From NCBI GenBank assembly GCA_964202895.1, contig CAXNJM010000001.1, forward strand, positions 254,943 to 318,942: 64,000 nucleotides of DNA, read 5' to 3'. This DNA comes from Rickettsiales bacterium UBA1997. Its GTDB lineage: Bacteria > Pseudomonadota > Alphaproteobacteria > Rickettsiales > UBA1997. The position numbers were made by a program, and so were the translations under genes. Shown piece by piece: positions 11,066 through 21,746 of this stretch (within the stretch, counting starts at the first letter, position 1; each line of letters opens with the position of its first letter). Under the pieces are notes generated by a model, which searched no databases, was not told the origin of the DNA, and saw nothing but the letters and a program-made list of their open reading frames with translations.

Positions 11066-11566
11066 ATGTTAACTGCAAAATATATTTTTAAAAATTTAAT
11101 TTTTTATATAATCGCAATAATTTTTACAAGTTTTAATATTTGTACTATTAAAATAGCTGGCTTGCAATCAGTAATTGCATCATTTGATGTTGTTTCTATA
11201 TTTTATTTTGCAGTATTTAAAAATCTTTTTGGGCTTTGGTTTATTTTTTTATTAGGAATCTGGGGAGATGCCTTATCAAATAATGCCATAGGAATATCTT
11301 CTCTTAGCTATATTGTTATGGTAAAATTTTTTCAAGTAGCCAACAATAAGCTAATTATAAAAGAGAATTTCTATCAAATCTGGAAGCAATTTAGTCTATT
11401 TTTTGCCTTTATTTTAATCATAAAATGGCTACTCCTATCAATGATTGCAAGTAATTTTTATCCCGTCTATAAATTATTAATGCAGTTAATATTAACAGTT
11501 AGTTTTTATCCAATCATTCATAAATTTCTTGATTTTTTTAGCAAAAAAATTACAGGAGAAAATTAA
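11066..11566 (+). CDS. mreD: Rod shape-determining protein MreD
   Basis: Multi-TM protein with F.LGIWGDAL...IG motif, directly upstream of mrdA. Confidence 0.75.
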   Translation: MLTAKYIFKNLIFYIIAIIFTSFNICTIKIAGLQSVIASFDVVSIFYFAVFKNLFGLWFIFLLGIWGDALSNNAIGISSLSYIVMVKFFQVANNKLIIKENFYQIWKQFSLFFAFILIIKWLLLSMIASNFYPVYKLLMQLILTVSFYPIIHKFLDFFSKKITGEN

Positions 11567-11569
11567 TCA

Positions 11570-13375
11570 ATGCTAAGAGATATCAGAAAAAGTAAATTAT
11601 TTAATCGCCGAACTCTTTTTATTGGAGCTTCACAGGGAGTCCTTGGTTCTGCATTGATTGCAAGGCTTAGCTATCTCCAACTTATAAAACATCAAGAATA
11701 TTCTATTCAATCTGATAGCAATAGAATAAAACAGATTATCTCTCCTGCACCAAGAGGGGCAATAGTTGATCGCTTCGGTTTTAATATGGTGAGCAATGAA
11801 AGTAGCTATAGATTATTCCTTTATCTTAGCAATCGCAAAATTAATCTAAAATCAGTCGATAAGTTGGTTGAAATCCTCAATCTTAATCAAGAGCAAAAAG
11901 ATGTTTTTCTTGCAAAAATAAAAAATGCACGAAGAAAAAATGTAATATCTTTAATTGATAATCTTACTTGGAAAGATTTAACAAAAATAGAAAGTAATTA
12001 TCATCTACTTTCTGGATTATCTATCGAAACAGGAGTCATGAGAAGCTATCCATACCCCAATGAAACCGCTCATTTTATTGGTTATGTCTCGCTTCCATCA
12101 GACAAAGAAACTAACAATAATGAACAAAATTTATTTATGCATCCAGATTTTAGAATTGGTAAATCTGGTATTGAAAGAAGTTTTGATGAATCTTTAAGAG
12201 GTAATTATGGAGTAAAATATGTTGAAGTCAATGTTCATGAGGTGCCGATAAGAAATCTTTCCAGTAAGCAGGCAATTGAAGGTTCAAGAGTTCATTTAAC
12301 CATTGATTTTCGACTACAAAAATTTGCTACAGAAAGAATAAAAAATGATATTGCATCAGTAATTTTAATGGATGTTGAAAGCGGAGAAATACTAGTCTAT
12401 GCCTCGTCTCCCGCATTCGACCCAAATCGCTTCGTTGAAGGGGTAACTCATAGCTACTGGAAGGAGCTAAATTCAGATATTAGAAAGCCACTTACCAATA
12501 AGCCAATTTCTGCATTATACCCCCCTGGTTCAACCTTCAAACTAATGACGGCAATTGCGGGGCTTGAAAATGGCATAAATCCGCAAACGAAAGTTAATTG
12601 TAATGGCTATTATAAATTTGGCAGAAGAGCCTTTCACTGCTGGAAAGAAGGCGGACACGGTTCATTAAATTTAGTTGATGCAATAATGCATTCTTGCAAT
12701 ACATATTTTTTTACTATTGCCAATCAAATCGGGGCGGAAAGAATCGCTGAAGTCTCAAAAAGATTCGGCTATGCAGAAAAACCAGATATAAGTCTTCACG
12801 GAGCAAAAACAGGAGTTGCACCAAATGATGAGTGGAAAAGAAAAGTCTTAAAGCAGCAATGGTTTGGTGGAGACACATTAAATACTGCAATTGGTCAAGG
12901 ATTTGTTTTAGCGAGTCCACTGCAAATGGCTGTAATTACCTCAAGAATTGCTAATGGCGGAGTTCCTATAAAGCCTTATCTAGTAAGAAATCAACATATA
13001 TTTACACAATTCGATCAATTAAAATCAAAGAGAGTGGTAAGTGAAGAGCATTTAAGGTTAATTAAAGAGGGGATGAATCGTGTAATGAACACTCCGGGTG
13101 GAACCGCTTTTGCGAAAAGAATTGAAATAAAAGGTTTTGAAATGGCTGGAAAAACCGGAACATCACAAGTAATTTCAAAGAGAGAAGATGAAATGACTGC
13201 AAGTGAGAATGCACTAAAAGCCAATCAAAACCATGCTATATTTGTTGGTTTTGCACCAGTTTCTAAGCCTCGTTATGCAATTTCAGTTGTGGTTGAGCAT
13301 GGAAAAAGTGGTTCACAAGCAGCCGCTCCAATTGGTCGAGATATACTACTCGAAGCTCAAAAAATACAATTATAA
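11570..13375 (+). CDS. mrdA: Penicillin-binding protein 2
   Basis: APRG.I.DR, PGSTFK (SxxK), SCN (SxN) and KTGT motifs. Confidence 0.96.
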   Translation: MLRDIRKSKLFNRRTLFIGASQGVLGSALIARLSYLQLIKHQEYSIQSDSNRIKQIISPAPRGAIVDRFGFNMVSNESSYRLFLYLSNRKINLKSVDKLVEILNLNQEQKDVFLAKIKNARRKNVISLIDNLTWKDLTKIESNYHLLSGLSIETGVMRSYPYPNETAHFIGYVSLPSDKETNNNEQNLFMHPDFRIGKSGIERSFDESLRGNYGVKYVEVNVHEVPIRNLSSKQAIEGSRVHLTIDFRLQKFATERIKNDIASVILMDVESGEILVYASSPAFDPNRFVEGVTHSYWKELNSDIRKPLTNKPISALYPPGSTFKLMTAIAGLENGINPQTKVNCNGYYKFGRRAFHCWKEGGHGSLNLVDAIMHSCNTYFFTIANQIGAERIAEVSKRFGYAEKPDISLHGAKTGVAPNDEWKRKVLKQQWFGGDTLNTAIGQGFVLASPLQMAVITSRIANGGVPIKPYLVRNQHIFTQFDQLKSKRVVSEEHLRLIKEGMNRVMNTPGGTAFAKRIEIKGFEMAGKTGTSQVISKREDEMTASENALKANQNHAIFVGFAPVSKPRYAISVVVEHGKSGSQAAAPIGRDILLEAQKIQL

Positions 13376-13380
13376 AGCAA

Positions 13381-14115
13381 TTAAACAGCAGATAAAGAGC
13401 CGTCTTTTATAGAAAGAATACGATTAGCCTTTTTAGCAAGCTCATTATTATGAGTTACCATTAAACAACCAATTTTATATTCACCTGTAAGATTTTTTAA
13501 TAATTCAAATACTTTAAGAGATATACTGGAATCAAGGTTCCCCGTTGGTTCATCGGCAAGAATAATTGATGGCTTTGAAATTACGGCTCTTGCAATTGCA
13601 ACTCTTTGTTGTTGCCCACCTGACAATTGAGAAATTCTATAATCTACTCTATCCAATAAATCAACTTCTGTCAAAATTTGCTTAGCTTCTTTAAATGCAT
13701 ATTTTTTATCGCAACCCTTAATTAAAAGAGGCATTGCAACATTTTCAAGAGCAGAAAATTCTGGCATTAAATGATGAAATTGATAAATAAAGCCAATATT
13801 ATTTTTTCTTGTTTCGGTTCTTAATTTATCGCAAGACGATGATTCTATTTTTATATTATCAACAATTACTAATCCGGAATCTTTGTCGCAAACATCTAAT
13901 AAACCAGCCACCTGCAGTAAAGTTGTTTTTCCGGAACCGGAAGGTCCTATCAAAGCAACAATCTCGCCCTTTGCAACTTGCAGAGAGATGTTTTTTAATA
14001 TAGCAACCCTGATGTCTGTATTTTTATTGTTTTTTGATTTATGGTCGTCAATTTTAACGGAAAAAGACTTATTTACAGAAATAAGCTCAAGAGCTGTATT
14101 ATTGCTTATAATCAT
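13381..14115 (-). CDS. lolD: Lipoprotein-releasing ABC transporter ATPase LolD
   Basis: GPSGSGKTT, GFIYQFHHL.PEFSALENV, LSGGQQQRV and ADEPTGNLD motifs. Confidence 0.9.
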   Translation of the reverse strand: MIISNNTALELISVNKSFSVKIDDHKSKNNKNTDIRVAILKNISLQVAKGEIVALIGPSGSGKTTLLQVAGLLDVCDKDSGLVIVDNIKIESSSCDKLRTETRKNNIGFIYQFHHLMPEFSALENVAMPLLIKGCDKKYAFKEAKQILTEVDLLDRVDYRISQLSGGQQQRVAIARAVISKPSIILADEPTGNLDSSISLKVFELLKNLTGEYKIGCLMVTHNNELAKKANRILSIKDGSLSAV

Positions 14116-14117
14116 AA

Positions 14118-15359
14118 TTAGTCATCTTTATCGTTAAAATCTTCATCATCGAAGGTTCCGTAGTCTTCATCTTCGCTTTCAAAATCTCCATCCTCCTCCT
14201 CTTCATCCTCGTCTTCTTCTTCGTAGGAATCTTCATCTTCATCATCTTCAAGATCTTTGTTTTTTAGAAGGCTTTTATTTTTTTCAAAGTCATCAAAATC
14301 AAAATCATCAAACTCATTGACTTTTTTTCTATCCTTAATGTCGCTTTCTATTTTATCTCTAGCGGTTAGAATAATTTTGTCTCTTGCTTCTTCAAAAGCA
14401 ATTTTGTAAATTGCAGAATATTCAGTTGCAAGTCTATATATTGCTGTTTCGTATATTATTCTTTCACTGTAAGATCTTTCCGTATCATCAATATCTCTGG
14501 TTAAATCCCTTAAAACTTCTGCAAGCATTATTATGTCGCCAGAATTAATCTTTGTTTCATATTCTTGAGCTCTACGACTCCACATTCCCTTCATTTTTTT
14601 AACACCGCTTCTTAGTATTCCTAGAACTTCATCCATTTTAGCCTTTGAAACCAAAGCTCTCAAGCCAGATTTTTCAGACCCAATAACCGGAACCCTAATG
14701 CTAAGCTTTTCTTTCTCGAAATATAGCAAATAACAACCTACTTCTATATTTTGAATGTTTATAATTTCTATTTGAGTTAGTATACCAACTCCATGAGCAG
14801 GATAAATTAATTTATCACCGACGACAAATTGACTGTTTTTTACTTCTTTTTTAACGACTTCACTTTTTTTAGCTTCATCAACAACTACTTCTTTTTTATT
14901 ATTTTCAATATTTTTTGATTGCATATCTTTACTATTAAATAGATGAAAAGATGCTTTAATATCAAGGTTTTTAGATAATTTTTCTTGAGTTTCTATTGGT
15001 GGTTTAGACTTTTTATCGCTTATTTTATCATAATTAGCCTTTTTTAATTTTTGTTTTTCATCTTTTTTTGCAGTATTTTTATCTTTTGCGACATTAGTAG
15101 ATTTTTTAGATTGTTTTTTGTTAGCAGAATTAGAATCTTCTTTCTTGTTTTTATAATCATTAACCACAGTATTACTAACTTTATCTTTAGGTTTTTTTGA
15201 AGAGCTTTTTTGGGTATTTTTTAAATCTTTAAGACTTTCTTTTGTGTCTTTAGTTTTATTATTTTTTATTATAGTTTTTTTATGCAAGTCTTTTTTGCCA
15301 AGCTCTACTTTTTTTATTTTTTTTAGAGCTTTTTTATTATTCTTTTTTGCTTTAGTCAT
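14118..15359 (-). CDS. carD: CarD/CdnL family RNA polymerase-binding regulator with Lys-rich N-terminal and acidic C-terminal extensions
   Basis: F.VGD..IYPAHGVG, WSRRAQEYETKINSG and SYSER.IYE core; low-complexity flanks. Confidence 0.9.
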   Translation of the reverse strand: MTKAKKNNKKALKKIKKVELGKKDLHKKTIIKNNKTKDTKESLKDLKNTQKSSSKKPKDKVSNTVVNDYKNKKEDSNSANKKQSKKSTNVAKDKNTAKKDEKQKLKKANYDKISDKKSKPPIETQEKLSKNLDIKASFHLFNSKDMQSKNIENNKKEVVVDEAKKSEVVKKEVKNSQFVVGDKLIYPAHGVGILTQIEIINIQNIEVGCYLLYFEKEKLSIRVPVIGSEKSGLRALVSKAKMDEVLGILRSGVKKMKGMWSRRAQEYETKINSGDIIMLAEVLRDLTRDIDDTERSYSERIIYETAIYRLATEYSAIYKIAFEEARDKIILTARDKIESDIKDRKKVNEFDDFDFDDFEKNKSLLKNKDLEDDEDEDSYEEEDEDEEEEDGDFESEDEDYGTFDDEDFNDKDD

Positions 15360-15370
15360 TTTAACTGAAA

Positions 15371-15934
15371 TTAATCGTTGCTATTATTTAGTTTGTACTC
15401 ATTTGCTAGTTCAAGATAATTTTCCGCGGATGTTTTGATATATCCAACTTCTTCTTCTGTCATTTTGCGAAAAAACTTTGCAGGATTGCCGGCCCAAATT
15501 TCATAAGATTTGACTATTTTTTTAGGGGTAAGAACTGCACCAGCAGCTAACATGCCGTATTTTTCAACTTTTGCAAGGTCCATGATAATCGCACCCATAC
15601 CTATAAATGCAAAATCTTCAATGGTGCAAGCATGAATTATTGCATTATGGCCAATTGTAACAAAACTGCCAATTGAAACAGGAGCACCAGCATCGCCAGT
15701 TTTATTCTGTAAATGATTAGGACGAGTTCCGTGGACTATTGTTCCATCTTGTATGTTAGTATGCTCACCGACAGAAATTTTTGTGACATCGCCTCTTAAA
15801 ACGCAATTATACCAAATTCCTGAGCCCTTACCTATTTTAACATCTCCAGATATAATTGCATTACTAGCAATAAATGCACTATTATCAATATTCGGACGGA
15901 TATTACGATAGGTTATAATATTTTTATTGTTCAT
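15371..15934 (-). CDS. Gamma carbonic anhydrase family protein
   Basis: Hexapeptide repeats; LRGDV, TNIQDG..VH and TIGH..IIHAC with all three His ligands intact. Confidence 0.93.
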   Translation of the reverse strand: MNNKNIITYRNIRPNIDNSAFIASNAIISGDVKIGKGSGIWYNCVLRGDVTKISVGEHTNIQDGTIVHGTRPNHLQNKTGDAGAPVSIGSFVTIGHNAIIHACTIEDFAFIGMGAIIMDLAKVEKYGMLAAGAVLTPKKIVKSYEIWAGNPAKFFRKMTEEEVGYIKTSAENYLELANEYKLNNSND

Positions 15935-15937
15935 TTT

Positions 15938-16861
15938 TTAAGAAATCATTGTTCCTATTCCCATTTCGGTAAATAGCTCCATCAGGAGTATATTTTCAAT
16001 GTTACCATTAAGAATGTGGGCACAGCTTACTCCCGCCTCAATTGCATTAAGACAAGTTTCAACTTTAGGAATCATTCCGCCAGTAATTTTACCTTGACTA
16101 ATCATTTGTTTAGCAGTATTGGCATTGAGTTGACCAACTAACTCCCCGCTTGGCAATAAGACACCATTAACATCAGAAAGAATGATTAATTTTAGAGCCT
16201 GCAAAGAAGAGGCAATTGCACCGGCAAAGGTATCAGCATTGATATTAAAAGTTTCACCGTTATCTCCGACTCCAATAGGTGCAATAACAGGAACTATATC
16301 GGAATCTTCAAATAAACCCAAAACTTCAGAATCAACTCTATATGGCTCACCAACAAAACCAAGATTTAGTATTTTTTCAATATTTGAATCTGGATCTTTT
16401 TTTGTTCTAGTTAGTTTTTTGGCCTTTACCAAATTGGCATCTTTTCCAGAAATACCAATTGCCTTACCGCCGCAATTGGCAATTTCAGTTACTATCATTT
16501 TATTTATTGATCCAGAAAGAACCATCTCTACGATGCTTACTGTATCTGAATCTGTAACTCTAAGACCATCAACAAAAGATGATTTCATATTAAGTTTTTC
16601 AAGCATAGCACCAATTTGGGGGCCACCACCATGAACCACAATTGGATTAATTCCAACCTGTTTTAGTAAAACTATATTTTTAGCAAAATTTTTAAGATTT
16701 TTATCTCCACCCATAGCACTACCACCAAACTTTATAACAAAGGTTTCTCCTGCAAAGCGACGCATATAAGGCAAAGCTTCGCATAATATATTGGCTTTTT
16801 TATTTAATTCTTCGTCGTTAATATTTGTTTGTATAGAAATGTTATCGCTTTTATCTGACAT
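15938..16861 (-). CDS. argB: Acetylglutamate kinase
   Basis: VIKFGG, VHGGGPQI, GLRVTD, NINAD and GGMIPK motifs. Confidence 0.97.
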   Translation of the reverse strand: MSDKSDNISIQTNINDEELNKKANILCEALPYMRRFAGETFVIKFGGSAMGGDKNLKNFAKNIVLLKQVGINPIVVHGGGPQIGAMLEKLNMKSSFVDGLRVTDSDTVSIVEMVLSGSINKMIVTEIANCGGKAIGISGKDANLVKAKKLTRTKKDPDSNIEKILNLGFVGEPYRVDSEVLGLFEDSDIVPVIAPIGVGDNGETFNINADTFAGAIASSLQALKLIILSDVNGVLLPSGELVGQLNANTAKQMISQGKITGGMIPKVETCLNAIEAGVSCAHILNGNIENILLMELFTEMGIGTMIS

Positions 16862-16961
16862 AATAAACCCTTAATTTTGTTGGTTGAATCTCTATTTTAA
16901 CTGTAAATGTTAAATTATAAATTAGAAAATTGTTAGAAAGTTGATTGCAAAAAATATAAAT

Positions 16962-17642
16962 TTAAAATTTTATATCAAGAAAATCTTTTAAAAAACTACC
17001 GTAATTTGCAAAAACTTTTTGATTACTAAAATTGCTAATTATATCAATAAATTCTAAATCTTCGATTCCAGAATTGCAATCAATCATTGGAGAATTATTT
17101 AAAATTACTCCAGCAATTTTAATGTTGTAAAAATCAATTGCTTTTAAAGCGGTCAAAGTATGGCTAATTGAGCCTAAATAATTGCTGGTTATTAAGATAA
17201 TCGGAATTTTTAAAGCTTTCGCTAAATCCAAAAAATTTTTATCTTCATTGATTGGGGTCATTACACCTCCGGCACCTTCAATTAGCAATATTTGATTGTT
17301 AATTTCCGATTGAGTAATTTTGCTTTGACAGAAAATAACTAAATCATTAAAAACAATTTTAGAATTATTTTTTTTTGCAGCAATATTTGGGGATACAGCC
17401 TCGGCAAAATGATACGGTGTAATATTTTCAATATTTTCGCGACTAACTTCAAAACCCAAAGATTCTAATATTTTTGCACTATCACTATTTTTATCTTCAA
17501 ATAAAAAACCGCTCGCAATCGGCTTTATTGCATTAATTGCGATATTTTTAGAAATAATCTCTTTTGTAATTTGTTGAATAATATGTGTTTTACCTATATC
17601 CGTACCAATTGCAAAAACAAAATAGGCTTTTTTATTAAACAT
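16962..17642 (-). CDS. bioD: Dethiobiotin synthase
   Basis: GTDIGKT, KPIASG, IEGAGG and YLGSISHT motifs. Confidence 0.93.
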   Translation of the reverse strand: MFNKKAYFVFAIGTDIGKTHIIQQITKEIISKNIAINAIKPIASGFLFEDKNSDSAKILESLGFEVSRENIENITPYHFAEAVSPNIAAKKNNSKIVFNDLVIFCQSKITQSEINNQILLIEGAGGVMTPINEDKNFLDLAKALKIPIILITSNYLGSISHTLTALKAIDFYNIKIAGVILNNSPMIDCNSGIEDLEFIDIISNFSNQKVFANYGSFLKDFLDIKF

Positions 17643-17645
17643 AAA

Positions 17646-18476
17646 TTAATTATTGCAACATAATTGATTGTAAATATCTTCTAAAATTAATTGAGAGCTG
17701 TAATACCAGTATCCTGAAGCATTTTGATTTTCAATCAAAAACTTACTTATGTTAAATCTACGATTAAAAACTATTGATAAATTAAGCATTTCTTCATCAA
17801 AAACATTATTAAAATTTGTTACTAAATAGCCAATTTGATGTAATTTTATTTTTATATCAACAAGATCTGCCTTTTTAATATCATTATTTTTGCCTTTAAC
17901 GGTGCTATCTAAAGCAAAAAAAACTATATCTGGTTGTTTTTTTAAATATTCTGCTATGTATTTTATGGTTGCATTACTTTGATAAAAAGACAAATTATTG
18001 TTTTTTAGAAAATTCCAAACAAATAATTGCGATGGATCTTGTTTTCGGTTTAAAAACTTAGTTTCTTTATGGTATGCAACATCAGAATGACCAACAATAT
18101 TTCGATTTAAAATATTATATTTACTTTTTAAATCTTTTATTAGCCATATTAAAGACTTCATTTGCCTTCTGCTGAAATTCTTTTTAAATGGCGACGGATT
18201 AACTAATTCAATGCCGATTGAAGATTGATTAAGACCATCACAGCCATTCCAGTAACTAATACCAGAATGATAAGCAATGTTGCAATCATCAACCAATTGG
18301 AATATATCTCCCGAGTAATCAATTAAATAATGGGCACTAACTTGATGTTCTTTTAATAAATTTAATGCTATCTCAAAATTTTTTGCTTCAATATGATGAA
18401 GCACTAAATTGGTAATTTCTCTTTTATTTGTTTTGGTAAAAAAATCATCAAATTTTTTTGTAAAATCAATTCTCAT
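17646..18476 (-). CDS. N-acetylmuramoyl-L-alanine amidase (AmiD/AmpD family)
   Basis: VLHH, VSAHY, AYHSG.S.W, N..SIGIE, VGHSDVA and RKQDP motifs. Confidence 0.88.
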   Translation of the reverse strand: MRIDFTKKFDDFFTKTNKREITNLVLHHIEAKNFEIALNLLKEHQVSAHYLIDYSGDIFQLVDDCNIAYHSGISYWNGCDGLNQSSIGIELVNPSPFKKNFSRRQMKSLIWLIKDLKSKYNILNRNIVGHSDVAYHKETKFLNRKQDPSQLFVWNFLKNNNLSFYQSNATIKYIAEYLKKQPDIVFFALDSTVKGKNNDIKKADLVDIKIKLHQIGYLVTNFNNVFDEEMLNLSIVFNRRFNISKFLIENQNASGYWYYSSQLILEDIYNQLCCNN

Positions 18477-18478
18477 AT

Positions 18479-19120
18479 TTAAGAAGATTTAAGATTAAAT
18501 TCCAGCTCTTCTAATGCTTTTTTTACACCAGAAGAATGTTCCCAAACAAAGGAGATAACAGCTATCAAATCAATATTATTTTTTGCAAAAATTCCACAAT
18601 TATTAGCATTAATACCACCAATTGCAACTACTGGTAAATTAAGAATTTCTGAAGCCCAATTAATAATTGAAATATCTGGCTTACCTTTAGATATTTTGGT
18701 TTTGCTTTCAAAAAAAGCTCCAAATGATAAATAATCAAAACCCATTTCTGCAGATTCCATTGCTAAATGTTTTGAATCATAGCAACTAGAACCCATCAAG
18801 AAATTTTTTGGGAAATTTTTTGGGAAATTTTTTGGCTTGTTTTTGATGATATTTTTATTGATATCGTCAGCTCCAAGATGCACTCCGTCGCAACCTAAAT
18901 TTAAAGCAAGCTCAAAATTATCATTTAATATGAATAAACAATTATTATCGCGACAAATTTTTATTAATTCTTTTGTATAAACTTCTATATCTTTATCGCT
19001 ATAATCTTTCAATCGCAACTGAAATATTGGCACCAACTTGGTTTGAAGGGCTTTATTTAACTGAGTAGAAAAACTTTTAAGATCAATTTTAGGGGGGCTA
19101 ATGAGATATATTTTAGTCAT
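18479..19120 (-). CDS. thiE: Thiamine phosphate synthase
   Basis: QLRLK, ILND, DGVHLG, G.SC, F.SKTK and VAIGGI motifs. Confidence 0.93.
   Translation of the reverse strand: MTKIYLISPPKIDLKSFSTQLNKALQTKLVPIFQLRLKDYSDKDIEVYTKELIKICRDNNCLFILNDNFELALNLGCDGVHLGADDINKNIIKNKPKNFPKNFPKNFLMGSSCYDSKHLAMESAEMGFDYLSFGAFFESKTKISKGKPDISIINWASEILNLPVVAIGGINANNCGIFAKNNIDLIAVISFVWEHSSGVKKALEELEFNLKSS
18800..18835. repeat. Three exact 12-bp tandem copies (GAAATTTTTTGG) inside thiE
   Basis: gaaattttttgg x3; encodes PKNF PKNF PKNF on the minus strand. Confidence 0.92.
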
Positions 19121-19131
19121 AAACTTATTTT

Positions 19132-20319
19132 TTAATTCCGAGAATTTAATTTTATTGCCAGTAAATTGTCAGTAAATTGATTTGGAATCATATTTATACT
19201 AGTTGCACTAAAAAAACTTTGCAACTTAGAATCGTGTATTTCATGAAATAAATCAATTTTTCTTTTTTCGTCAAGATGTGAAACAACTTCATCAAAAACT
19301 AAAATTGTAGGATTATTTTTATAAAGACTAGAAATTTTTGCTCTAGCCAAAGTAATCGATATCATCATTGCTTTTTGTTCTCCGGTTGAACATTTTGTTG
19401 CCTCGATGTTTTTTTCCCGCAATATTGCCATAAAATCACTTCGATGAACTCCGAAATTAGTTTTAAAATTTAATGTGTCAATTTGACGATTATTTTCTAA
19501 TTTCTCTTTGTAATTAGCCTCAAGGACAACTGAATTTTTTTGATTTAAAATATCCTGCTCAACATCACCAATTATTAGTAATTTTGGCTTAGGAAAATTT
19601 GAAATAAATCCATCTATTGCTTTATTAAAAAAATTAACCGCCTCAACCCTTGAAGATGATATCACAACTCCTAACTCAACAATTTGATTCTCAATGATAT
19701 CAAGCCATTTTTTTTGATTAGCAGAATTATTGGATTTTTGTAAAATTGAAATTCTTTCTTTGGTTAATTTTTGATAATTATTTAGTCTTTGCGAATGATT
19801 TATATCTATATCGGCAACTATTTTATCTAGATAAGACCTTCTTTCGCTTTTACCAAGGATAAATAATTGCTCTAATTGAGGGGTTAAAAAAATTATATTT
19901 GGTAAATATCTTTTAAAATCAGAAAATTTTTTGACACTTAGCGATTCTTGATTAATAAAATTCTGCTTTTTATTGGCAAAATAATCAAAGCTAAATGCTA
20001 TGGAGTCTATGTAATTATTATTGTGAAAAAGACTGTGAATTGATAATCTACCTCTATCTAAAACAGCAATTTTATCTTTAAATTCAAGAGAGGCTTTATC
20101 TGCAAGGTTATTATCAGAAGAAATACTGTTAATATTAACGATCTGATTGAGATCTGCACCACGAATTGAATCAGACCTGCCAACCATTGTTATAGCTTCT
20201 AGAACAGAAGTTTTTCCAACTCCGTTATCACCGTAAATAAGGTTTAATTCTGAACCAAAAGTAAATTTAGAATTAGTAAAATTACGAAAATTATTTAGTT
20301 GAATCTGAGATATTTGCAC
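19132..20319 (-). CDS. recF: DNA replication/repair protein RecF
   Basis: NFRN, GDNGVGKTS.LEAI, G.HRSD, STGEQK and DEV.SHLD; follows dnaN. Confidence 0.93.
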   Translation of the reverse strand: MQISQIQLNNFRNFTNSKFTFGSELNLIYGDNGVGKTSVLEAITMVGRSDSIRGADLNQIVNINSISSDNNLADKASLEFKDKIAVLDRGRLSIHSLFHNNNYIDSIAFSFDYFANKKQNFINQESLSVKKFSDFKRYLPNIIFLTPQLEQLFILGKSERRSYLDKIVADIDINHSQRLNNYQKLTKERISILQKSNNSANQKKWLDIIENQIVELGVVISSSRVEAVNFFNKAIDGFISNFPKPKLLIIGDVEQDILNQKNSVVLEANYKEKLENNRQIDTLNFKTNFGVHRSDFMAILREKNIEATKCSTGEQKAMMISITLARAKISSLYKNNPTILVFDEVVSHLDEKRKIDLFHEIHDSKLQSFFSATSINMIPNQFTDNLLAIKLNSRN

Positions 20320-20362
20320 ATCTAAATAAAATTCTATCGATCATATATTCATTTACTGTCAA

Positions 20363-21502
20363 TTAGACGCGAATCGGCATTATTACAAATAAAGAAGAAA
20401 GCTCCTTTGCCTCAATGATAGCGGGAGACAATCCATCTTTAAAGCGAATCATTAACTCTTCTTTATCGATTTGATTAATTATATCAAGTAAATATCTAGC
20501 ATTAAAGCCTGTTTCAATTGGTTCTCCAGAATATGATATGTCTATCTCCTCGTAAGCAAAGCCGGATTCATTTGAAGTGGCTTGTAAAACTAATTTGTTA
20601 TTTTCAAAATTTAATTTAATTGAACGATGTTTATCAGTGGCAATTGTGGCAACTCTATCAACCGAATCGAAAAGCGATTTTTTATTAACAATTACAATTT
20701 GATTGTTGTTTTTAGGAACCACCTTATCATAAGGCGGGAAATCGCCATCTATAAGCTTTGAAATAATTGTTGTGTCTCCGCAAATCAATTTTATTTTAAT
20801 ATCGGAAACTGAAATTATTACATTATCAACACCTTCAACTACCCTTCTAATTTCTGCAACAGTTTTTTTAGGAATTATCACACCAAAAGGAATTTTACAA
20901 TCAATTTCAAGAAAAGATAAAGATAAGCGGTGACCGTCGGTTGCAACAGTTCTTAACTCAAGAGATTTACCTTCAGCTTCATTGGCCTTTTCTGGATTAT
21001 TAAATAATTGCAGATATATACCGTTTAAATGGTAACGAGTTTCATCATTTGAAATTGCAAAACGAGTTTTATCTATCATTCTTGCAAGACTTGAGCCGGC
21101 AATTGATATTTGTTCACCTAGCTCACCTTCTGATATATCTGGAAATTCGGTAGGATCTATACAAGGAAGATTAAATTTAGACTTTCCATAACGAATTTGT
21201 AAAATATTTGGAGAATCTTGCATGATAACAATTTCAGTGTTTTCTGGCACCTTTCTTACTATATCAAAAAACATTTGAGCGGATACAGTTGTGGAACCAC
21301 TTCTTACAATATCAGCCTTAAATTTTGAGGTTATAAGAACATCCATATCAGTTGCAGAAAGCGATACCACAGGTTCTGTTATTTGATTATTGACATCAAT
21401 TCTTATATTTTGCAGAACAGGAATGGTGTTTTTCTTTTCGACAGCACCATTGACATTTGATATTGCTTTAAGCAATGTGTTTTTTGAAACTTCAAATTGC
21501 AT
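20363..21502 (-). CDS. dnaN: DNA polymerase III beta clamp
   Basis: TIPVL.N, ATD.D, ATDGHRL, GFNARY and VIMP.R motifs. Confidence 0.97.
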   Translation of the reverse strand: MQFEVSKNTLLKAISNVNGAVEKKNTIPVLQNIRIDVNNQITEPVVSLSATDMDVLITSKFKADIVRSGSTTVSAQMFFDIVRKVPENTEIVIMQDSPNILQIRYGKSKFNLPCIDPTEFPDISEGELGEQISIAGSSLARMIDKTRFAISNDETRYHLNGIYLQLFNNPEKANEAEGKSLELRTVATDGHRLSLSFLEIDCKIPFGVIIPKKTVAEIRRVVEGVDNVIISVSDIKIKLICGDTTIISKLIDGDFPPYDKVVPKNNNQIVIVNKKSLFDSVDRVATIATDKHRSIKLNFENNKLVLQATSNESGFAYEEIDISYSGEPIETGFNARYLLDIINQIDKEELMIRFKDGLSPAIIEAKELSSLFVIMPIRV

Positions 21503-21746
21503 ATTTAATAAGGTATTTTAAGTGAAATCTTTTAGTAATAGAAAATGTTTGCAAAATAACCAACATATCAAAAAATTTTATATGTTATGTAAATTTTGGT
21601 TATATATGATTTACAAGTAAACTAAAATGTTAAAATTATTTTGCAATTAGATAATTTAAATTGCAACTAAAAAAAATCTGTTAAAATAATTTTTTTAAAA
21701 TAGATTTGCAAATAGCTTATAAATTAATCTTTAAAATCAACTAAAA

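Noticed and set aside
21503-21746. Possible oriC upstream of dnaN
   Set aside because: No TTATCCACA-type DnaA boxes seen and no dnaA; it reads as an ordinary divergent promoter region.
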